A stretch of DNA of 50,012 nt from the NCBI GenBank assembly GCA_900617105.1, contig UYFQ01000542.1, positions 1-50,012 on the forward strand, in the 5' to 3' direction. Shown piece by piece: positions 10,009 to 20,406 of this stretch. Position numbers and translations under genes: made by a program. The notes under the pieces were generated by a model. The model did not search any database. It was not told where the DNA came from and saw only the letters and a list, made by a program, of their open reading frames with translations. This DNA is from Hydrurus foetidus. Taxonomy: Eukaryota. Numbering within the stretch: the first letter of the stretch is position 1; every line of letters starts with the position of its first letter.

Positions 10009-10816
10009 AACATGCAGAGTCATAGAGCAGTGTGTGAGACCTTCGACTGTTTCCTGAATCGCGTGGGTTTCTCTCTCTGCAACTCTCTCCTTCTGCAGCC
10101 CAGAAAGGCGGACAGCAAGCAGTGTCTCAACGAAAGCTAACACCGAAGAGAACAGGAGAGGGCTAGAGAGGACTGTACGTACGCTTGACACAGAACATGT
10201 GCATGACGGCACCGCGCTATATCTCATTACGGTCTCCTACTCCACTTCACTTATTGGTTAGACGCTAATCGCAAGATGAAGATTTTTCGTTGTAAGTAAT
10301 ATTGAATAAATTTACAAAATGAAAATATTTGCCTGTGAATATTTCTCTTTCTTGCGAGATAGTGTAGTAACTTGGGAGCAGTGCATCTGACAGCGATGTT
10401 AAAGGAGTAGGGCAGTGCGGCGCAACTGTTATGCGCCACCGATGGAGTTAGAGAGTCTCGTTCCAGCGCTATGAGTCACAGCGAACGAACGAACGAACAA
10501 CGCAGATGCAATGCAGTCAGCAATCGCCTCCCGAACACAGGTAGACATCCTGCAGAACGATATCATGGTACCAACACTGTGATAGAGAGTGCTGTCTAGT
10601 GCAGTCTAGCTGAGCTTACTAGTTGATGTCACTTCCAACAGTACCCCCTCACCATTCAACGAGTTCAGAGGTGAGTGAGAGCAGTGCGGTTATGGGACAC
10701 GAGGATGACAACAGTTCCGTCCTGCAATCCCGCCCCAGGACCCCTCTAGCTACAGGCACGAGCCATGGAGAGAGGGCTGACCAATGCACTGAACTCAAGT
10801 CTCCTCCCTGCAGCTG

Positions 10817-11926
10817 CTACCTCCTGGCGTTCCAAGATTGAGAAGGAGAGGCGTCACCGTAAAACCTCCTGCCCTCGAACATCCCCTCCTCCTCCTCTCC
10901 ATCACCATGCTCGTCCCGCCCTATTCTCTCGCTCCTGCCGCTGCCATTGTGCCCTAGCAAGGGGGACAAGGGGTTCGAGGTCCCCCCATCCCCGTCCATC
11001 CCCCTGGGGGGTCTCGAAGAGGTACCGGGGTTTAGGCCCCTAGAAGAGGAGCTCGCTCTGTCCCGCCCAATACTCCCACTCTCAGAAATACCCATGTCTA
11101 AGCCACCTAGCCCCATCTCAATGTCGCTGTTGTTGCTGCCTCTGCCTTCATGAAGCTGCTCCACAGCCCCTTGCTGTGAGTCTGGAAACACCGAGGAGAC
11201 AGTGTTGGAGTTCAGGAGGGCCATGTAGGAGTTGAAGAAACTGGACTTGATAAACAAATAAAGTGCTGCGTTGAAGAGAAAACAAGTAGACCAGTATATA
11301 TCAGGCAGTATCGCGAAGAGTCCAAATGATAGCATATGTCCGCTGAGCAGACTGACTATGTTCAAGATGGTCACTGTCTTCGGATTCAGGAATGAAGGAG
11401 TGATCAAAATCACGAAGAGCGGCGCCAGGTCCCAGGGAAGAGGTAGAAGCCCGAACAGATAGAAGGGGTGACTCATCGTGATCCGCGATATCTGCTGGTA
11501 TGCGAGCCAAGATACAATTATTCCGGAAAATCCACCGGTCGATGTGTTCCTGAAAGGGTGCTGAGTGCTTGAATAATTGATTATCAAGTGAATCACTAAT
11601 GTGGTTAGAAGCCCTCCGACTGCCATAAGCAGTATAGAGTATCGCAGGAAATACCACGATCCACAAGTAACTTCGATCGAACGTATTCCCCACAGCGTTA
11701 TAGAATTGAAGAGTAGAGATAGGAAAGAAGACTGACAAAAGGGTGCCGTTAAGAGTTTCCACCATTGCTGCCTGACGACTAGGTCGCTATAGCTATACAA
11801 GTATAAAGACGGGTCGGCTCTTGTCGAGAACAATCTAACCCATGTGGCCACCAGTACTGTAACACCTAGAGATGTGACAGGACTACTGCTGATTTGTTTG
11901 AGCACAATGAATGTTGCAGCATTCAT
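10817..11926 (-). CDS. Rhomboid-like membrane protein (plant RBL13-like), probably catalytically inactive
   Basis: Intronless 369-aa ORF with QWWKLLTAPF..S.L.LLFN..TLW....E, GFSG, multiple hydrophobic helices and a disordered C-terminal tail. Confidence 0.8.
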   Translation of the reverse strand: MNAATFIVLKQISSSPVTSLGVTVLVATWVRLFSTRADPSLYLYSYSDLVVRQQWWKLLTAPFCQSSFLSLLFNSITLWGIRSIEVTCGSWYFLRYSILLMAVGGLLTTLVIHLIINYSSTQHPFRNTSTGGFSGIIVSWLAYQQISRITMSHPFYLFGLLPLPWDLAPLFVILITPSFLNPKTVTILNIVSLLSGHMLSFGLFAILPDIYWSTCFLFNAALYLFIKSSFFNSYMALLNSNTVSSVFPDSQQGAVEQLHEGRGSNNSDIEMGLGGLDMGISESGSIGRDRASSSSRGLNPGTSSRPPRGMDGDGGTSNPLSPLLGHNGSGRSERIGRDEHGDGEEEEGMFEGRRFYGDASPSQSWNARR

Positions 11927-12749
11927 TGTAGAATATCCGCCTCTCTTTCTCCTGCACTTTACTAGTGTTCAGCAATTTTCAAAGAGCGTGCGTCTTTTCA
12001 ATCGTTGCGGTCTAGCATTTTCCAGCTTCGTCACGTAACAAAATTGCTGGAATGAATTTCAACACCTTCCGCGGCCTAAATTTTCTTTCCTGGATACAAC
12101 CAAGGTCGCTGTCTGAGGCGTCATAGCACCTGTGACACACTCTCTTACTTAGTGGAAATCGATGCGCATGAGGACCTGCTGTATTACTAATTGAGTACAG
12201 TTACGAAGAGTTGATTTTCAACATTCGACATTCGACATTCGACATGCTTTATGCTTTTGTACCTCTGTATACAAAAGCGGAGTACCTGTACAAATTATAT
12301 CCCTTTATTTTGTACCCTGTATTCTGTAATGATTATACATTACACTGTACGGGAAAATTGAATACGGTACTCGTTTTCGTAATCCTCCTCTACGGTACAT
12401 ACACGTGAAGAATCTAGCTGTTTCCAGCCAGCCGACGTTTCAGAAGCACGAGTATGCCAATGTCACGTTCAAGAATGCCAACATCTTTGTCAACGATCCC
12501 ATCGGAGGCATTATACACGCACATTTCCTTCATCAGGAATTTGATTCTTCATAAGGACTAAGAAGTGGTATCAGAAATAGCGCCCTTGTAAATAGATTTT
12601 TTTCACACTTGTCACAAAATTTCCCAAACGCAATTGAAAGACAACGCTGCAGTACCAACCCGAGAAGCTTTTTGTGATATTGATAAAATGATCTGCATCA
12701 GCACCCTTTTCATCGACATGCAAACAACACACGACTTGAAAACCTAAAC

Positions 12750-14495
12750 CTAAACATTCATCATATTTTTCTGGAATCGCGCGTTGTAGTTTAGAACTAG
12801 AATGGCGTGCAGGGTGGGGTCGATATTCTGGATGATGTTCGTGTAGTTGTGGCCATGAAGCAGCGGGGTGGCCGGCTGTCCCTTCGCGGGGAAGTACCCC
12901 CCCTCGATGTCCTCCCTCAAGCCCCCGAATCTGATCATCTCGATGCAGTGGTGGGGTGTTGATCCTCGCTTGTAAGTTCCGAAATCGAACGGTCCGAAAA
13001 TATCCCCCGTCTTTTCTCCTGGGTCTTTGTAGTGCAACATAGCGAAGTCTGCCGCGCTGACGAGCAGCGTCCCGTAGTCATGCAACCCCTTCTCGAGCTG
13101 GGATACGTAGTGCACGTAGAACATCCGCACCGCAGATGTTTTCATCACCATTTTGCCCTCAAAGACTCCCACCTGGCGGCTGAATAGCCACTCCCCTATG
13201 CGAGGCAGCCCCGACCGGATTCTCGTCTCGCTCGCCATGCCCTCGATCTCAGGACATGCATGCTTAGAAAGCGGAGAAAAAGTTAATGCTGGCAATTCTG
13301 GTTGGTCCTTGAACGTTTTGTCCACGAACTCCGCTAAGGGGCGATAAATGTTTCCGTTATAGAGGAGATTGGACTGAGTGTGTCCGAGTCCCGGTCCCTT
13401 CTTCAGCACGGATGACCCTATGGCGATGAACTCGTCGTCATCGATGTGCATCATGTACTCCGTGTGACTCCTGTATCTCGAGTAACAGCTGGCTAGGGCA
13501 GCTGACTGGGCGATAGCTTTAGGTGCTTTGAAGATGCCGCCCCCGTCCGATCCAGTGTATGAGACGTATCGACCGCTTGCCATGCCAATCACACAGTTCT
13601 CATACCCCCATAGTACGACCGTTACGACACCCTCAGACACATAGTCTGAGAGGGCAGATAGAACATTATGCGAACTCTGCCTCCTCGAAGTGTCATAAAT
13701 GTAGAAGTGGTCAACACCGATGAGTCTGTGGTATTCGATCCACTCAACTAGGCGTGCTCTGTCACTCCTACCAGTAGCAGTGCATACTGACAGTCGCCCT
13801 TTTTTTCTCCTCTCAAAGTCTCCATCAGTACCCTTCATCGATTCCTCCCTCAGAAATGTGGAATTGCATACTGGAAAGGCGTGAGTCGCCACCTTCACAA
13901 CAGCAACCCTGGCCATCGTCATCGCGGACTTCAGCGAGTTCGACTTCGATTTAATTTTAGAGGTGCTCGGAACTGCATTCCTTGGTGTCCTCACCAACCT
14001 CATAGTGTCAAACTTCTGTCGGGGACTAGGGCAAGTTATTTGTGTTGTTCCTATCCGAATATAATGAAGCACTCCTCTTATTTCCTCTGATTTCGTCTGA
14101 GCAATTGGAGTGCTGTTACCATTTCTGTAGAAGTAGCAAGTCACGACCTCAAGCGGGGCAAGTCTTGTAGAATTGGCGTCAACGAGTATGTTGCTCTCTT
14201 TTCCATAAGCTATGTATTTCGATTGATGAGGAAATGAAGTATTCAATTGCTGCCATATGGTGCGGTTAAATTTGCATGCTCTTCTTTGAATTATCGTAAC
14301 CTCGACAGTACCCTTTTTATCATCGTGGATTGCATCCCACGGCCAAAGCTGAGACGTTAAAGTGGGGACATCTAACGGAAACAGTTTTGATCCAGTTGAA
14401 CCTTCCCTTGACTTACAGAAAGCATTCGATAAGCTATCGCTTCTCCAAACGAAATGTAGAAGCAAACATGCTGATGCGACTAAAAAGGATGACAT
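12750..14495 (-). CDS. Glycosyltransferase family 92 (DUF23) protein
   Basis: 581-aa intronless ORF with an N-terminal hydrophobic signal or anchor, LVEWIEYHRLIGVDHFYIYD, Q..AL.SC..RY, HIDDDEFI (DxD) and a C-terminal LHY. Confidence 0.85.
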   Translation of the reverse strand: MSSFLVASACLLLHFVWRSDSLSNAFCKSREGSTGSKLFPLDVPTLTSQLWPWDAIHDDKKGTVEVTIIQRRACKFNRTIWQQLNTSFPHQSKYIAYGKESNILVDANSTRLAPLEVVTCYFYRNGNSTPIAQTKSEEIRGVLHYIRIGTTQITCPSPRQKFDTMRLVRTPRNAVPSTSKIKSKSNSLKSAMTMARVAVVKVATHAFPVCNSTFLREESMKGTDGDFERRKKGRLSVCTATGRSDRARLVEWIEYHRLIGVDHFYIYDTSRRQSSHNVLSALSDYVSEGVVTVVLWGYENCVIGMASGRYVSYTGSDGGGIFKAPKAIAQSAALASCYSRYRSHTEYMMHIDDDEFIAIGSSVLKKGPGLGHTQSNLLYNGNIYRPLAEFVDKTFKDQPELPALTFSPLSKHACPEIEGMASETRIRSGLPRIGEWLFSRQVGVFEGKMVMKTSAVRMFYVHYVSQLEKGLHDYGTLLVSAADFAMLHYKDPGEKTGDIFGPFDFGTYKRGSTPHHCIEMIRFGGLREDIEGGYFPAKGQPATPLLHGHNYTNIIQNIDPTLHAILVLNYNARFQKNMMNV

Positions 14496-14829
14496 GGGTA
14501 GCTGCTCTGAACCGCTTTCATCACATTGGTCAAGTGTCCTCTACGTCCCCACCGTAGCGGAAGGTGCACTACTCAAATCGAACTCTGATTCAAAACTTTC
14601 AAACAGCAGTGGTTTGGCGGTTTGGCGTGCTGCTTTTGCTGGCTGACGGAATTTTCTTCTGCACACACGTACAGCGTTTGTTTTGAAGCACGAGAACAGA
14701 GCGGGTAGCGGGTATAGCGGAACTTTATCTCGAGCAGATCGACAACCTTTCAGTGAGTTCTTCATTAGCGGCGTTCAGACAGGTGGCCAATACATCTTGC
14801 ATTCAGTCTGCGGTACTGCGCTTCAGGAA

Positions 14830-15613
14830 ATGAAAACACCGCTCCACGCGGCGCTTCTTTTCGGGACCTACAGCCTTCATCCCTCTCAAGTATTTTATGA
14901 GAGCGTTCTATCTCGAGGTGATCGATCTGCAAGGCGGGTCATAGTTGAGTCATCATGTACATCAGCTTGCATCGATCCCGTTCTTAATTTTGCGAGGTTC
15001 ACAATATTACAGGCATCGTAAATCTGAAACCAATCGTTCCTGGTCACGTATTGCTAATCCCAAAGCGCGTTTGTGCGCGGTTTGCTGACCTCACTGAAGA
15101 CGAGGTTTGCGACCTCTACTTGTGCGCTCACAGAATCGTATCGAAATTGGAAACCCATTATAATTGCTCAGCGATAAATATTGCAATGCAAGATGGGGCT
15201 GATGCAGGTCTAAAGTTTACTAGAAAGTTGCCGCTTAATCTGGTAATAAATTTTCTCTTTTTGAACCACTGTGATGCTCCACTTTATCATAATTTGCAGG
15301 TCAGTCGGTACCACACGTACATGTGCATCTTCTGCCTCGAAAAATCGGCGATTTTGAGGTCAATGATCAAGTTTACGAGGAGCTTGACAAACAGAACCTT
15401 AATAGGATTTTCGACCCATCCCTCCCTCGGTTTCAAAGAAGTGTCGAGGAAATGGGAGCAGAGAGCTTGATATTACGGTACAATTGCAATGACTGCTTCG
15501 TAGGCCGGAGCATTTTTCTCAAATAAAGTCCGATTCTGATTTAACTCCGTATCACGATCATATATTTCGCAACCTGCAGGTCTCTATTCGAAGGCAATAA
15601 ACCTGCGAATTAG
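14830..15613 (+). CDS. FHIT: Bis(5'-adenosyl)-triphosphatase (HIT family, Fhit branch)
   Basis: Four exons (introns 14918-15012, 15208-15299, 15478-15579) give IVNLKPIVPGHVLLIPKR, QDGADAGQSVPHVHVHLLPRK.GDF.ND.VYEEL and RS.EEM.AE, ending at TAG 15611-15613. Confidence 0.92.
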
Positions 15614-16636
15614 TCGAACCGCAGCACTCACTGGTAACCAGTTGTCCTCATTAGATCGAGAGGTCAGCCATTTACTTTGCGAATGATGACTTCGGCACGC
15701 GAGCGAAGTACTCAGTCCTGCGCACTGGCAGTACCGTAACGAAGTACGATAGAAACTGCTTTCTGGGGCCAATCAGACTGGTCGTTGGAAGGCCTTCCCT
15801 GCTTGACACCACATCGGTCGAACCGCACTTATTTACACTTCTGCCCTCTCGACTCGCTATTGAAGTTACCTTGATATCCCCCAACCCACTCTTCGATCAG
15901 TGAGATACGAGAAGCGGTCGGAAAGGCCACAGTATGCGGCTTTGATTCTGCTTTTTCGATCACTTTCAGTCTATCAGCTTTTGAAGAAGATCGAAGATTT
16001 ACATTTTATGTCTTGTTTGATGCTTCTCCCAAAAGTTACTTATTCCCTGTCAGCTCTGTACTTACAGATGGTAGTCTCAGCGTAAACGTCAACGTCATAC
16101 GCAATACTTTCTCTTTTTGATTGTCACTTAACAGTAATGACCCGTTAGAAAAATTGCTCTCATAGAATTCAGCTATGATATGCAAATGACATGCAAGTAT
16201 ATGTTGCTTTGCTTATGTCTTTAAGTAATGAAGTCCAGACATTCACAAGTTATCCTGTTTTAAGCCGTCGTCAAGCATCATTCCATCTATTGGACACTTA
16301 CTGTCCCTTAATGCTCACTCAGTCAATTCATCGCAGCTTCGGAGAAATTCAAAATCACGAGAAGTTCTCCAACATGAAAAATTGTTCCCAGCTAGGAAGC
16401 AGGGTCGTGCGTACACATTTTAACACGTCCGTTCAATCGAGATTCGTAGATCAAAATATAGTTCTAGAATTTTACCTATTTTTTATTTTGAATCACCTGT
16501 GTAACTTCTACATACCTACTCACTTCTTACTCCTGACAATTATATCCGCCTCAACTGCCCAAAGCATAGGGCGTGTGAGTATTTGAAGCAACAGTAGGCG
16601 ACTTCGCATCACCTGCAGCAAAGCTTTGTAGCTACT

Positions 16637-18624
16637 ATGGCCACGAAAGGAACCAATCTCGTCAATCCGAGCGCAGGTGAACGATATCACGACCATGCGT
16701 ATTCACACATCATTTTAGAGCTAGTATGCATTATTGTTGTCAAACCCTTCACGTTTTGATGTCAACGATGATCGACAGAAATCGTTGCGACATCACAATG
16801 TCTCCAAGTCAACGTTGCCGCTGCAAGGGGTCTCCAGGGCGTACTGAAGTCAAATCTTGGTCCTAGAGGAACTTTAAAGATGCTTGTTGGTGGCGCAGGT
16901 GATATTCATGAGCTAATCCCACACGCGTGGAGGAACTTGATCATTAAAGCGCTGTATTGCGTATTATGCAGGACAAATTAAAATAACGAAAGATGGAAAC
17001 GTTCTTCTACATGAGATGCAAATTCAGCATCCTACTGCTATGATGATTGCCAGAGCAGCTACTGCCATGGATGACCAAGTTGGCGATGGTACAACAAGCT
17101 CTGTCTTATTTACAGGTAACAAAGCCCTCCTCCTTTAAGAGACATTGCCTTGCGAGTCTCACAAAAAATGAATTAAAAGGCAGACTGGCGCCCGTATTTG
17201 TAGGCGAACTCTTAAAGCAGGCAGAAAGATATACATCGGAGGGCCTTCATCCACGTCTCATCACTGAAGGGTATGAGATTGCTAAAGACATGGCGTTAGA
17301 GTTTCTCGACGCCTTCAAAGTCTCTCAACCCAAGATTTTTCAGGATCGGGAGCTACTGACCAACGTAGTCCGCACTTCGCTGCGCACGAAGTTAGCTGCA
17401 GAATCTGCCGACAAGATGTCAGATGCGATTGTCGATGCCATGTTGGCCATTAGCGAAGAGGGGCAGCCAATTGATCTTCACATGGTTGAAGTAATGCAGG
17501 TGAAACGAACTGCTGCTCTTCAAATTAGAGCATGACTACCTGAGACACCTTCCCCTCACTAACATCAATTAACATCACGCTGCGTGTAACAGATGCAGCA
17601 CAAGAGTGGCTCTGACTCATGTTTTATTAACGGAATCGTGATGGATCATGGTGCGCGTCATCCCGACATGCCCCGCTACATGGAGAACGTGCACATCCTG
17701 ACATGCAATGTCAGCATGGAATACGAGAAAACAGAAATATCCGCGTCATTCTTCTATGCAAATGCAGAAGCGAGAGAAAAACTTGTTGACAGCGAGAGAA
17801 AATTTACTGACGAGAAAGTGCGGCAGGTGATTGAGTTCAAGCGCAAGGTGTGCAAGGAGGGGGAGAGCTTCGCGCTGATCAACCAGAAGGGCATTGACCC
17901 CCTAGCCCTCGATATGCTCGCTAAGGAAGGCATCTTCGCACTCAGACGAGCCAAGAGGAGGAACATGGAGCGACTCACACTTGCGTGTGGTGGCTCACCA
18001 GTTAACTCTGTGGAGGATCTCGAGGCGGACATGCTGGGCTGGGCGGGCAAGATCAGAGAGGAGACGCTGGGAGAAGATAAATTCACTTTCATCGAAGACG
18101 CGCGCATGGGCAAGTCCTGCACCATCCTCATCCGCGGTCCCAATAAGCACACAATTGACCAGATAAAGGATGCAACCAGGGACGGACTGAGGGCAGTGAT
18201 GAGCGCAATGGAGGACAAAGCACTAGTACCAGGTGCGGGGTCATTCGAAGTGGCGTGCTATCGCATGCTCATGAGGAGGAAGCAAGCCGTGACAGGCAGA
18301 GCCAAGCTAGGAGTAGAGGCATTCGCTAACTCTATGCTGGTCATCCCCAAGACACTGGCTGAGAACAGTGGCTTTGACGTGCAAGAGGCGATCATCAAGA
18401 TGGAGGAGGAGCAGGACAGGACGGACGAGGCTGTGGGCCTCAACCTCAACACCGGAGAGACCTTCCTACCAGCAGCGGAGGGCATATGGGACTCGTACAC
18501 CGTGAAGAAGCAGACTCTCAACCTCTCCACTGTGCTGGCTACTCAGTTGCTGCTGGTGGACGAGGTGATGAAGGCAGGCAAGAGCATGGGTAAGCCTCAG
18601 GGGGGAGCAATGGACGACGAGTAA
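16637..18624 (+). CDS. CCT6: T-complex protein 1 subunit zeta (chaperonin CCT)
   Basis: Five exons (introns 16677-16778, 16899-16971, 17116-17203, 17500-17592). Motifs [59 protein letters not shown] and [10 protein letters not shown]. Confidence 0.97.
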
Positions 18625-18763
18625 ATGATTTCAATTGTTTGAGTGTCAGATGCAAGGACGATCGCTTCAATCGACTGTATTGACTTCGATCACTTATTGA
18701 ATCAAAGTGTCAGTCGGATCGCATCGCATGGATCCATCAGGAAGAATGAGCGAGCCTGACTCG

Positions 18764-19310
18764 CACAGATCGTCCCATCCGTCCCATATTTTCATCACAC
18801 ACGCCGCGTCTCAATGCTAACTTGTAAATACATCAATTTATTACGACCACTGGCTAGCCGAGTGCCTCCGCCTCATTTTCTGAAGTCAATGCCACGTTGT
18901 GGGACAGCACTTGCACTATGGATAAATCAGCTGATAAATTTCTTTACTTCGGTGGTAGAAGTTGCAACGAAATGGCATCTCTCACAGACAAGTGTACGCG
19001 ATGATTCTGATACAAACAAAATGCACGTAGGAAACACAAACATCATGTACAGTGGTCATTATCAATATAAGAACATGTCTACATAGGATTACATCAGGAA
19101 TATCAAATACTTACCAATTTCCTGAGATCGAATTAGGTCACTCTCCTTCAGTTGCAGACCAGCTGAAGATAAAGCGAAAGCAGTGACGAACTTGAATACT
19201 TCTCATCCCACAGTGACTCATCTATCTGATGATGCGAGACTTCAAGAAAGGGATTTATGTTTTCTGACTGTAGGTGCCACTGGGAGTGGGGGCGAATGGG
19301 CGCACCTGTG
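18764..19310. mobile_element. Possible degenerate MITE with imperfect CACAG-ended terminal inverted repeats
   Basis: Left end CACAGATCGTCCCATCCGTCCCA versus reverse complement of the right end CACAGGTGCGCCCATTCGCCCCCA. No target-site duplication seen. Confidence 0.3.
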
Positions 19311-20406
19311 TCCTGTGTAGGCAGACGGTCAAGGGTCCAGAGGTCTTGCTGATAATCACGAGTTATTATAGCGTCTGGTTAAAACTTGAACTGTTTAGTA
19401 ACGGGTCTTACAGACAGATTTTCTCTTGTGTAATTGGAAGGTTTCGTCAGTATTTCGAAAAATGGTAGTTAAGGTTAGGGTTAACACGAATGCATCCACA
19501 CAAGCAAAAACGCTCAAAACGAGAATGGGAACCAATCAATGCTCGTAACGGTCATCTCCATCATCGAGACTGTTGGACGGATCGATTTCACGGTAACATA
19601 ACACAAATCAAATTCGCAATATTATGCGAAGTTCTCCGAATTAATCGTGACGCTTAATCCAGGTGCACGTGAACGGCTATTTGTTTAAGTCGTACGGTAA
19701 TTTAAGAGACTTCGAATTCCATCAACAATCACTTGTCTGTCTATCGACAGCTGTAAGCCAATTCGTGAGCTCCGGACCTCTTTGTTAGCACGATCGTTTC
19801 CGGAGCACTCACTTTATCAGGTTCAGTTGTCAAAAGCTATTTTGGATTTTGGTTGCAAGCTCTTATTTATCTCAAAAACTCGTCCGGTTTAGATAGCAAG
19901 GGGGTCCGTGCTTTCAGTTCGAACTTCGGACAGAAAAAAAGTCCAGGTGGCCCAGGGCCCAGGCAGGGGGGGTGGTTCGGGGGTATTCTTGCCGTTGGGA
20001 AATTTGAAATTTGGGAACCGGATTGAGGATTGATGACTGGCCCAATAATGTACAGTAGGGTAATACTGAGCACGGGCGCACGGGCGCATTCACAAGACAT
20101 GCAGTACCGTTAGGTAATAATTTACGACAGCGCGATTAAAAAGTGTCACAGTGACCGTGACGTCTTTTTGGCTGCGGTTGGTCCGGCATTGTGGGATCAG
20201 CCACAAAACGTACATGAAGCAATTCAGACGACAATAAGTCTTTCTTGGTTGCAAATTGGGCAACGTCCACAGCATAAGTGCCAAAATCTGATCTGGTGTT
20301 GACCACGAATTATGGATGCTACAACCACTTATCACGCTCACTCAATCATCGAGGTCGGGCTTTATTAATCTTGAAGGAGATTATCGTTTAGTACTAACAA
20401 AGAGCA

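Noticed and set aside
15672..16090. Possible small minus-strand gene between FHIT and CCT6
   Set aside because: The frames I read are closed by nearby stops and show no start, splice pattern or homology.
19469..19483. TTAAGGTTAGGGTTA telomere-like sequence
   Set aside because: Only about two units; insufficient for an interstitial telomere or Helentron call.
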